A DNA stretch of 64,000 bases from Klebsormidium nitens (lineage: Eukaryota > Plantae > Klebsormidiophyceae): assembly GCA_000708835.1 (NCBI GenBank), contig DF237056.1, positions 124,001 through 188,000 of the forward strand, in the 5' to 3' direction. Below are positions 11,128 through 28,754 of the stretch, in pieces (the stretch's first letter is position 1; every line of letters begins with the position of its first letter). The translations under genes and the position numbers were made by a program. The notes under the pieces were generated by a model. That model was not told the DNA's origin, made no database searches, and worked only from the letters and a program-made list of their open reading frames with translations.

Positions 11128-13191
11128 GGTAGCCGCACTGCTGAAAAACCTAATCTGCAGATCAGTGCGCTGGTTCGCACCTGATTGGTGCTGATCCGTA
11201 CTTTTAAACGACTGGTCACAAGGTAGTGCTTTTAGTAGCTCAACAGATGATAATGCTTTCTGTAACTAGAAGCTCACCTCTAAGGCGAAGTGGATGGTAT
11301 AGGGAATGTGGTAAACAGCCAGATTTTAGGCAGCCAGGAGTGGTCAAGCGACGACGTACTTGACTGCATGCTTGCGAGCTGCTCCTCAACTCTACTTTCT
11401 TTGCGAGTGTCTTTCAACAGCAAGTTGAAGGGCCACATTGATCAGCACCTGACGGAGTTATCCTCTTTCAACCGACTTCCCGTTGGAGCACCAAGCTCCC
11501 AAATGTACTTTCAGGTCAGCTTGTTGACTCGCATATTGCTTATAGCAAGACACCAAGCATGGGATTGTGCAAGTCGAATTCAGGTCCGGTTTTACTTGAT
11601 TGTGTGGGATAGCCTGGTTGAAGTTTCTGTTGGTCGTGTCTTGATGGATGGATCCAAGGTCCATGTTTTGTGCACAAGCTTGGATAAACATCAGTTGACA
11701 GTGGCACGTGCAGTTGGCAGTTGTGCGTTTCAAATTGGTCTTTTACATTGAAGGTTAGGTTGAGCAATCAAGCGATCTGCTGGCTAGAAGCATTCAAGTT
11801 GGGACAAGCAGATTTCCGGGGACCATTGTTTTGTGAAAGGCGCAACATTAAGTGAGAATATGCGTACGTTACTATCAATATGTGCATGATTTTACTAAAA
11901 TCTGGAGCCATCAAATTTTTCATATAGTAGCGACCACTTGTGACTCGGCTCCACAACTCAACAAGAGAGCTTCGGGTTGCATATAAGCCTATCAAAATGC
12001 GATCAGGCAAATGGTCTGTAATGATCGTGTTGTATGTGTCGAATCTCGATCGTCGTTGAAAAACGGGAGAATGCATGGTCATCCATCAACACACGTGCAT
12101 ATGTACTGTGCGAGAAGACAGTGCAGAAAGAAAATGATGCAATTGTGCTTTTGAAACGCACGCTGCAGTACCAACTTTCAATGGCCACGATTCGTTCTGA
12201 GCGAGCGACGAGCGTGTATTTGATAGGATGCTGCTCTGCTGCTGGCATGTTCGGAATTCAGGCCGCACTTGAATGAGCAAGCACAATTCCGAACAATGGT
12301 TCAGCATGCACTGCCAAGCACTAGCCTCAAGGACCGTACGCGCGAGCATGGCGGACCGGCACGTGACTCGAATAAGGTCTGAAGCGCGGCGCTGGCAGCC
12401 TGTCACTAACAGTAACTTCGGCAACGGCCGCTAATTGCGGGATTTGTGCTGACTGGCTGAGTCCTGACCCACACAGGAGCGCGGTCCACTCGCGATTTGG
12501 TAATTGCCTTTCAACAGCACCATAGCCTATGAAAATACACCTGCATGCAGACCATGACTTGGAGTCTGTACATGAGTGTGATTTGGTGGCTGCTATAGCC
12601 TACCTCGGGTACCGGTACCTACTGACCCCGCTGCGGACTCATCTCATTCTGCTTTTGCATGCACAGCTTTCTGGCGTCTCGCACCCGGTATGCTAAACCG
12701 AGCTCCAGAAAGTCAGATACACAGCTTTGTGTTCGCCCGGTAGATCAACGACGGTGGAGCCGGTTTCTAGCTGCATGCAGCACTGTTGGCACACACGAGT
12801 GAGGTTTCCAAGTGGCGTGCAGCAGAACAGGGATGAGGCAAGCGAACCAGCTGGACCCGACACGAAGCTAGATTTTGTGGATTTCTTTTTGAAAGCCCTA
12901 CGTGTCGTACTCCCATTGCAGGGTTGACTGACAAGTCCAAAACTTTTCACAAATGGCCTCCAGCTCGCAGTCAAACCTGTGACTGACTTGGCCTGCTCCC
13001 AAAGGAAAGGCAGCTCGCCTCACAGCTTGCTTGCCAGAGCCGACAATCCCCTAGTTTCCCGCAGGTCGCCAATTGTCTCACAAAAATTTTCTCGTCTACA
13101 ATTGAACGCCTGTGAAAGCGCCTTCAAGTACCAAATAAGCAATCAAGAACCTTCAGGGCTCAACCCGAGTACCAGGACCAATCAGCTAGCC

Positions 13192-16100
13192 ATGGCTCAG
13201 AGGAACAAGTCCGGCAATGAGGCTGCCGCTAAGGCTGGCGCGGACTCCGCTGCCAAGATCGCTGACCGCACTGCGAGGGAGCAGGGTAAGAACCAGAAGG
13301 ATGCGTCCATCACTGAGGTGACCAAGGGTGGGGCCACCGTGCACACTACGGTGCAGCAGAACCAGGAGAGCGATCCCTACTGCCCCAGGGTCGATGAGAC
13401 CACGGTAAGTGTGACGTTGTTGTTTGGCAATTGTGCGCTGGAGCTGTTCTGGTTAACATTGTGCCATAGAGAGTGTCCAAAAGCTGTCGCCGTTCTAGAC
13501 TGAGCTGCATTTAGGAATGGGAAGAGGCTGTTGTTCAAGTATGTGTGTAGTTTTCTTTCAGGTTGTCCTTGTGAAATTTCACCTCTCTGACCATACTATG
13601 ATGACATGACTGGTCGGCAGTGCATGGAAGAGTCAAATGCGCCCTTCTTTGACTTCAGATCATCTGAGCAAGAAGCTTCAGCATTCTGACCGAGTTTGGA
13701 AGGTCTTGCTCTTCATTGAGCAAGAGAAGTTTCTTGGAGTGGCACTGCATGCAGATGGCTTCAAGCAGTGAAGTTCAGTGTGTGTCCGCGCCATTATTTG
13801 GAGATGCCATATGTACTCTGCGGGAAGCGATTAAACCTTGTCCTACAACCATCTTTGCACTATTTGTCTTTGTTCTAAAACAGCATTTCGTAAACTGGAT
13901 TCTCTGAGTCTGTTTGAACTTTACTGCAGACAGGTCGACAGGGTCAGGGACTGAGGCAGCTGCTGTCACTTCACTTGCAATACTTAGATCTAGTGTACAC
14001 GCCATGTACTGCACCCGCCATGTATTGCACTAAAATTCCAAGGGTTCTTGAAACTCTTAAAAGCAACAATGAAGAATTGCGAACGTAGACTGACATTGAG
14101 GCGAAGTAGAGACTTTAGATCGAGCATATTCGACCATTCTGGTAGATGGTACTAATTTGGTTACTTTTCTTGGATGCAGCCCCAGGAGTTTGAGACCAAA
14201 GTGCAGGTCATTCGCAAGACCCCTCAGATGAAGACCGTTGAGAAGACCGAGATGGTCAAGCGTCTCAGCCACGAGGAGAAGACCACGACCGTGCCTCGTA
14301 CCAAGGTTATCACTGAGGAGCGGACATCGATCACAAAGCACCCTGTTGTGAAGGAGGTGCAGAAGACGAGGACCATTGACGTGCACAGGTAATGCGAGAT
14401 ATGCATGCAGAGTACTAAACCTGACAACCATGCGAAGACATTATTATCACGCAAAGCGGTCGGAGCTTGTCTGGTGGAGACAGGTGTGCAGTCCGATGTT
14501 CAACATGATTGGTTATGACCATCTTGCTTTTCGGTTGACTCGTAGCGTGGTCGAAGTTCGGTATTTCCTCTCCAAACGAGAGGGGTGGTAGATAAGTAGG
14601 TGTGGTACAGTTGCTGGTTTCTTAGCACAACCGACTCGAATCCCTGTCTCAATGGTTTCCGATTCCGATTTCTATTTTCTTCTTGCAGGGTGATCGAGGA
14701 GGAGAAGGAGATCACCGAGACGGTTGACGTTGTCGAGCAGGTGTGTTAACCGAACAGTCTGTCGCCTTATAAATTAGCCCGTATATAGAGTTAGAAATGA
14801 CCTTTTTAGTTGTTTCTCTTTAGCGTACATCTCAGCATCCTCTACGTGGTAATTCGAAGTCTCACTAATAGACTGTCCACACAGTTCGTCGTAATCTGAG
14901 GTCCACTAGAAGTTTGCCGATACAGTTCGTGCAACGCCAGCTGAAGGATACAAATTTGCATACTCTCAAGTTTGACACAAATGTGTTGACGCCGTTTCGG
15001 CTAGTTCGACCGTGAACCTGAACTACAGCAAAGAAATGGCCACTAGGTTTTCCTCTTTCGATGTCCAATTTGATTTGAGCGTGTTGAGTCTCCGGTTTTT
15101 CAGGTGCGTGAGCGGAAGGTTGAGAAGGTGCCCAAGGTTATCTACGAGGAGAAGGAAACGTGGATCACCAAGCCGGTCGTCAGGCAGGTTGAGAAGAAGA
15201 GAACTATCAAGGTGCCCAGGTAAGCAAACGATGTGTCTCAGAAGAGCTTGCATCGTGTCGTCACCTGTTGATTTCAAATCCCGCAATGTTCTTAGCAGCC
15301 CGCATAACTATTGGCAGGTCATCTAGTTTGAAAGCTTCTGAGGCTTCTCGGGCCACGTTGGGGAATGAGAGATCCTTCCCACATTTGTAACGTCAGTACT
15401 AGTTTTAACGTGCAACTGTGCATGGTTAGCTCTTTGGTGAATTGTCACATCTTATTTCTTGAGATACATATCTGCTTATCCAAGTCAATCGGTTCATGTG
15501 TAGGGTTATCACTGAGAAGAAGGAAGAAGCGTACACCGACTACCAGACCGATGAGGTGGGTTAACGTTTCTCAAGTAGTTTGCAACGAAGCCGACCCGAT
15601 GGTTTCCTCAATTGTCAGCCATTCCTGCATCGAGACTGCGTAACACTTCATATGATCTGCTTACTCGTTGTAGAAGTTCACAAAATTCGTTTCTTCGACG
15701 TTGTAACGAGAGTGCAGCTGTGAGGCGTAATGCAACACAAGAGAGAGATTTCAAGTAGACTGAGATTTGTCACTAACCCATGATCTTTGAACTGTTTGGC
15801 AGGTCGAGGAGAAGAAGATCGAGAAGGTGCCCAGAGTTGTTACAGAGCAGGTCAAGCAGACCATGTCTGTGCCGGTCGTGACAGAGGTGCCCGTAACCAA
15901 GAAGGTGGAGGTGCCCACTGGAGAGTGAGTCGCGAATCTTCTGTTCTGCCAGATGGTAGATAGATTCTTTCGTGCTTGTCATTTCGTCAGGTTTTCTTGT
16001 TGATTCAGGGAGAAAAGATGGGTATCTGGTAATCGTATGTAGTTTTATGTTACGGATATTCTTTTTCTGTCGTGAATGTGTCGATTCTTTTGTACTCCAA

Positions 16101-16372
16101 ATGGCGGTTTGTCTTCTTTTGTCGTGAATATGTCGATCCTTTTCTATTTTAAATGGCGGGCATGTGAAATTCAATATGTCTTCGTTTTTGTTCTCAGGTA
16201 CTGCGAGGAGGTTGTGTCTCACGACCACGCCCCTGCTGCCCTTGGCCCGGCTGTCGTTCCCGAGAAGGTGACGTCCATCAGCGACAGCAAGCTGAAGACT
16301 TTGGAGAAGGATACTGAGGCTCCCGCTGAGGAGCCAAGGAGAGGGTTGTTGGGCAGATTGATTGGGGCATAG
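13192..16372 (+). CDS. Articulin/alveolin (epiplastin)-like Val/Glu/Lys/Thr-rich repeat protein, 312 aa
   Basis: Exons 13192-13404, 14180-14388, 14689-14740, 15104-15219, 15504-15555, 15803-15924, 16198-16372 total 939 nt, all in frame with GT-AG junctions. The central domain has repeated VEKVP, IEKVP, PVV, VPV and KVEVP motifs. The gene model is solid; the family assignment rests on composition and motif resemblance. Confidence 0.8.
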
Positions 16373-17274
16373 ATATGATTGGACGAAAGTTGTGGGGAAG
16401 CGGAAAAGGTGTGAGGATTTGCTAACAGAAGTGTACCGTCTCGATTGGAGATGTCACCTTTTGGTGTAACACGTAGACGCTCGCTGTAACATGTTGTAAA
16501 CTTGCCATAGGAACAGTCCGATTTTGGAAAGACGAAATAAGAACACGCTCGCTTGTCTTACAAACCCACTGTTGCGGTTTTTTAGTGTCTCAACATCTTT
16601 TCAATCCATATTTACGAATATCTTACCTTCTCAAACTCTCGTGACACTCCAAATCACATCAAGTGTGCACAGGATTCGTTTTCTCGACATCATTTTTCAA
16701 TCTAAACAGAAAAGTAAAGTGCAAATAGTGTACTTAACCTGATATTCATGTATGTGCATTGTAAACTATTTCATATAACTTCTATCGCACATGGTTGTGA
16801 TGTGGTTGATAATATAACGGCAACGGATGATATTATTAATGAGAAAGTTGCAAGCTGACACCCTCCTCAAATACAATATTGAAGTCGAAAAAATATACGA
16901 AACCTATCATAGGTAACTGGAATAATATTTATATCATTGACCGATATTGCACACCCTTAATATATAACGTACATACTGACACTTTCGAAAATGTATTGAG
17001 CAAAGAAGGAATAATTGCTTGAATGGAACATACTGTTTGTAAGTTTCCTGAGGATCCCTTCGAGGGGTATTCCTCAAATATGGCTGAAGTGAAACATGTA
17101 CATGAGTTCGCCCACCTGCCACGACACCGATCACCAGATGTGTAAGCGCGGAATTGTGGAAGTTCATCACACCTGTCTGGCGCTTGTAAACTCGTCCCCT
17201 GAAGCGCCTCGCAACCGACCCATCGGCCTTCGATACATGCTACAGTGCCTTGCAAGTTCAATTGCAGAGGCTAG

Positions 17275-17400
17275 GCCCCCGCGGCAGCTCGAGCGGATCG
17301 CGACCCGGGGGCCCGCAGGCCGGGCTGGCCGGACGAGCGCGGCCGGGCCGGCCGCGCCAAAGTTTGCGGCAGGCGGACGCGCCGCCGCGCTGCGGCTACG
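17275..17400. repeat. GC-rich palindrome island
   Basis: 21-bp palindrome GCGCGGCCGG-G-CCGGCCGCGC (17337-17357). ATCGCGACCCG (17297-17307) is shared with 52887-52897. Confidence 0.5.
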
Positions 17401-19115
17401 ATGTGCCACTTCAAACTTGAAAGCCAGCATGTTGAACTCGCAGCTATAGCTTTCGAACCACGCCCGGGCAGAGAGTACTGCTTTGGAACTAGGGAACGTG
17501 AAAAAATGTGAAACCTGGGTCATGCGTTGCGCGTGCGAGAATTCCGGTAATGGTCCCATCAACAACCTCAATTTTACTTAGGGATGTACAAGGTACAGTC
17601 TGTTACACGTAGTGGGAGTACAAGCTATGCCAATCATTGGCACCGCAAATGTCGGTGAGTTTGCAATCCATGTTTTGTCCCGGTCGATGGGCTACCTTGC
17701 GCCAGAGTCCCAGTGTCTAATCTACCGAGATTGTGGGTATTATAGAATTTCCGCTCAAATTCACGTACCGACATCCAAGACTCCCGGTATGAAATTCTTG
17801 GTGTACACCCACAAATCCACTTGAAATCTATGTACCCAGCCTCAATTATAAAAAGAATCAAAGAAATCGTCAAGAACAGACGAATCGATGGTCCGCAATT
17901 CGAGTTTTCTGACATCCGCACCATCCAACGGCCCGCATCCAAAAACAACTATTAATCTCAGATTTTACAGCCCGAAGGGTGTATCCATAGGATTTTTCCT
18001 ATTTATCGTCAAATTCACTTGTATATTGCCATTTGGGTTGATCGTCCTTTAACATCCATAAGGGCCTAGCTAATTGAAACGCGGAATACCGCGTAGACCT
18101 GTTGCCAGTTGGTACCGTATACGGGGCAAAATCATGGGCAGATACCGTACCAGGGTACCTCAAGTCAGGGTTTTGGCAATAATATTGCCTTGTTTTCGCC
18201 TGGGCGAGTTGGGGGCCTGCTATGCATAAGGGGTCCGCCTTATCGTCCGGTCGTGCCCGGGAGTAGTATAGGGGACAGCCCCGGGAGCCCTGGTGGCCGG
18301 TCCCGACTTGCAGTTATTAGAGGACGTTCCCGGTTCGATACTCTTTAGATGTCCCGGCGTGTCAAGCTGTGATTCGATTCAGACCTCCTGCTCGTAGAGG
18401 GATAGAGAAGCCTCAACTTAACCGTCGGCCTGACTGAATTTGGTCAATGGATGTCAAAGGGGTGCGCTACTGTAACTGGCTCGGTTCACGTGCCCCGGTT
18501 CCGATCCGTCGATGAACTCACGCGTACGGCTGCATGTCGGTGCTTGGCGAGAAGCGATCCCCTTGCGCGCCCTCCGACCCCTTCCTAACCGATTCTCTGC
18601 CGAAAAGGCCACAACCTGGAAATGGGGCTCCTTTTAGTAGACAGGAAGCCTACTTTTTCAGTTGCAATAAGATGATCATTTACAAGCAGTAAGTACACAT
18701 ACGTGCCTCTTAACTTGAAAGTAGAAGCGCCTCCCCGACGTCGCGATTTGTTCTGGCATTGAGTACTGGTCTTTTTCATACGGCCATGCAGAAAAGATGA
18801 TGCATCTCATCTGCTCAAAATGGAGATTCAGAATACGCCTCCTTTCAATGCTGTGGCTAGCATTGCTGAGTGCAATTGCAGAGCATTTCCACCTTCTTAG
18901 CTGCACAAAAGCCATCGTTTCAAGATTGCCCATACTTGGACTCTGATAGACTTTCGCACTGAACAAGAGGCACCTTGACACTGCTCATGGCTTCTGAACA
19001 GCAGCTGACCTTTGGATAGTCTTCTGAGCTGAGGTTATCTGACAGTGAAAGGGCTCATTTCAAGCAACCACTGCTTCAACCAAGCATGGTTAATCACACG
19101 GTCATCTCTGTGCAG

Positions 19116-20958
19116 GTGGCTTTCGCTTCTGGGACTATTAGAGCAGTTATCCAATGCGCAGCTTCTCGCCGAGCTCTTCCGCCACCCAATGTTTCTCGTC
19201 TTTGTGGGCCTGGTGGCGTTCTTCCACGTTTCAGAGTTCACTTTAGCAGCCGTCTACGATCGCGACAATCTGGGATACCACTGTGAGTCCCTCTACAACA
19301 TTGACTTCTAGACCTAAAAACTACTATAGTACTTAAAGCCCAAGCGGCCCTAGAAGTCCTGCCTCACAAGCGCTTCCCATTGGAAGGAGAACAGAAGCAG
19401 GGTCTGTGATTTGTTTTGCCAAACAAGGCCACCAGGCCTGCTCTCCATGCCGTCCCGCAGTGGTGTTCTGTGTCAGGCAGGTTCACGTTTTTGAAACTAT
19501 CTTACTTCCAGTCGCATCATCGGACTGCCTTGCGTCGCTCTGGTGAATGGCTTGAGGGGGAGCCCCAGGTAACTTTGAAGTATGTTTGTGAGACAGGGAA
19601 AGATGATGAGTCGGTTGCCAAGTTGTCAACCCTTCCGCCACTTCACAAACATGACCTGTCGAGAAAACGATCAGCCAACATTACTTGGCACTAGTAAGAT
19701 CTCTCATTCCCCTTTCCTTCGTTGTTTCTGCAGCATGGCTCATCTCCCCGCCCTACTGCCTTGCCCTCCTGGCTGCGTGCGCCGAATACTGGGTAGAGTC
19801 CAGCCTGTTTCCAGGCATGAAGGGGCCTGATGTGGTGTCACTTGTCGGCTTAGTGGTTGCGCTACTAGGAGAGGCGATACGGAAGACTGGGATCATCACG
19901 GCGGGCAGCAGCTTCACACACCATATCAGGCACCACAGGGAGCAGAACCACAGGCTGATCACAGAGGGGATCTACAGGTAAGCCAGAAAGACTGGCAGTG
20001 CTTGTCTTCTCGTTTCTCTGTTCTCTGCGTTCTTGGAGACCGTTGCTGGCTAGCTGGCAGGGAAAGGGGACGAATGTCCTAGCTCCTAATGTGCGGTTTT
20101 CATTTGACGATGGACTGGGGCTGGTTGTGGCCGAAGTTTTGAGAATTCTGGGGTGGTCAGGGAATGGTGGAGGTCAGGAATGCCCTCGAGAAAGCCATAG
20201 CACACAGAAGCTGGCTCTTGGATAGTACTCTGAAGTCCTTTGTGCATAAAGTCTTTATGGATCTTCAGCTCGGCCGGCTTTTCTCCTGACTTACGCGTAA
20301 TGATCTTTTGCGGCCCCACCTTGTCCGCCGCTTCATTCGCAACCTGTGATTCATTCCTGGGTATTTCCTGGGTATTTTCCCTCTGCAACAAGGTCTTTGG
20401 CTAAACACGGTTGACATCCTGTTGAGAGTCTCGGTATGATCATCGTTCTTACCGCTGATCTGACTATTTTCGTCAAGGTACATTCGACATCCGGGCTACT
20501 TGGGGTGGTTCCTTTGGGCCGTGGGACTGCAAGCGATGCTGTGCAACCCGGTCTGCTTCATCTCCTTCGCCATCATCTCGTGGCGCTTCTTTGCTACTCG
20601 AATACCGTATCCTCAAGCTGCCGCTCCGTCCAACCTCTTTGATTGTATTCTGGCGTCCCTGCCTTGCTTTCAGATTGCTCCGATGCTCTGATCCTTGACC
20701 GTACCTCTATCCGTCCTCCACTCTTTCTTTGTACAGCATGATTGCTGATTCCGGAATTTGGTGAAGGCGGCCGTCGTACAAAGTATATTGCATCTGGAAG
20801 GTCGATTGTAAAGCTGATGGAAAAGTGAAGTATGCGGGTCCAGTTGAATCCTTGACGGACAGTTCAGCTACGAGGAACATTTCCTCGTCACGTTCTTTGG
20901 TGATAGGTATGATTCTTACCGAAAACGGACGCCAACATACATTCCATTCATAAAATGA
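19116..20958 (+). CDS. ICMT: Protein-S-isoprenylcysteine O-methyltransferase (STE14/ICMT)
   Basis: Exons 19116-19282, 19734-19977, 20478-20606, 20868-20958. Motifs: FFHVSEF, GEAIRKTGIITAGSSFTH, EGIYRYIRHPGYLGWFLW, RIPYEEHFLVTFFG. The 5' end is uncertain (internal Met at 19189, or an unassigned upstream exon). Confidence 0.92.
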
Positions 20959-22023
20959 GCAAGCCGTTCTGATCAAGTCCGACCTTATCCTGAAGTTGCA
21001 TCAACTCCGTGCATAGGGCATTTGTTAAGGAAGCGGTGACGTGTTGTCACAAGAAAGCAAGCATGCATGGACGGTTCCAAGGAACAGCTTTGTGAATATG
21101 TCATATGCAAGTAATGAGCCGGCCACCGAACAATAATCTGCTCCAGTACTAACATGTACGATGCTATTTGACCCAACTTCAGCCACGTTTGTGTGGATTT
21201 CTATCCTCCAAGAGCTTACGACACGTTTTAGAAATCAACGTCTCGCGCCCTGAAAGGCTGAATGGAGCGGCAGAGCACCAGGTTCCAGGTTCCGACACGA
21301 AACAATGTTGACTTCTTACTAATAGCTTTCGATACAGGCCTCACGGCGTTGATTTATCCCAGGGGCCAATCAGTTTGCATGCATACGATATATGTGTACG
21401 CATGCCATAACACGCGGTAATTCGGCCATGATGTCACTGCTAGCTATAGCGCTATCGACTTACGACTTTCCTCGTCCTTCTAATTCGATCATGACGCGGG
21501 GATTATGTGCAGTCATATCCGCGAATGCGTTCATCGCGATTATGCCAGGCTATACAGAGTCACGTGTAACCAAATGAACTGTAATTGGTTAATATTGCCC
21601 GATTGACCACGACCGTCGCATCAGTGAGTGACGCATCCAAGTCACATGCATGAAAGATGATGGCAGCCGATTGATTCCATGATCCGTTTGCAAATACTAA
21701 GACTACGCATGTGGCAACCTTCTAAATAATTGGTTAAATAGCTCCTGTTCAGGTCGGCAGGTGCAACGGATCCAGCCCGAAAATCTACCAGCCGATTACG
21801 TGCAGCTGTTCAATCTATCCGTCACGCAATACGGAACCATCAGAGCGAAACGCGAACCTAATCTGAGCCCCCAATCGGGCGAACTGCCAGTAGCAACGCT
21901 TTATCCTACAAAGAACGGCCGCAGCCCTAACACAGTGTACACTTGGATGAATCAGCCGGCCTATAGCTAAGGGACCAACGCAATGCAACAGGTTATCGGT
22001 CCCCAACCGGTCACAGCAGTATT

Positions 22024-27970
<5,947 letters not shown>

Positions 27971-28754
27971 CTTCGAAAGACGGCCTTGCAAACAGCGGGC
28001 TTTCAACCAAAAAACGGGCCCCTAAAAAGACAACCGGCCACGACAACGGACTCCCTACTTCAAAGACACTAAGATAGTTACACGAAAACTTGCTGGGGCA
28101 GGCTGGCAGTTGAGGAAAAGAGCTAGCACCACAAAATGCGCCCTGGTGACGTCGCCCCTCCTCCGTCTGCCAAACACGTTTCCGTCAGGAAGGGCCGGTA
28201 CGTAACTTTGCAGTCAGCCATGGACGATGACGTTCCGTTCCGTCCCCGACCAAGCAGTTCCTGAGTGATACCGGAGTCCGGCTGTCTTCTTTGGATCAGA
28301 AAGAGCCCGTTTCTTTTGAGACATGCAGCGCTAAGCACATGAATTTGAAAATCATGAATGAGTACGGCCTACTGGGAGCGCAACGGAACGGAACGGCGGA
28401 CTTATGGGTGCACTTGCGGGGTGGCATCTGGCAGCTCAGCCGATTGACAAGTGTACGCCTGCCAGCTTTCACGAGCTTCCAGCTCAGGAAGGCGAAAAGT
28501 GCATGCAATGGTGACTGTGGAAGGGAAGCGCGCGACCTTTCCATGGAAGGCAATTGCAGGGGCAGTTCCATCTGCTGGGTGCAAAAGCTTCCTGTTTGCT
28601 TTGCAGAAAGGCGATTGTTAAATTGGACAGGAAGCTAGACGTGCAATTGGTTGTCAGCTTGTTGAAGGAAAGTGTCTCTTGCAAGCAACTTGTAGAAGGG
28701 ATTAAGTGCTACATCTGGTTAATGAGCAACACGCAAACTTGAAAAGCAGAAACA

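Noticed and set aside
11290-12424. Several 75-150-aa ORFs downstream of H2A.Z
   Set aside because: They lack the codon bias and composition of the real exons in this window, have no motifs, and mostly use non-ATG starts.
13598-13687. Intronic ATGATGA...CTGA resembling a C/D-box snoRNA
   Set aside because: No terminal stem and no recognisable rRNA-complementary guide; both boxes are short enough to be chance.
17579-18060. Possible degenerate hAT element (TAGGGATGTACAAGG versus the reverse complement TATGGATGTTAAAGG)
   Set aside because: Only 12/15 identity, and the flanks (ATTTTACT / AGGGCCTA) give no TSD.
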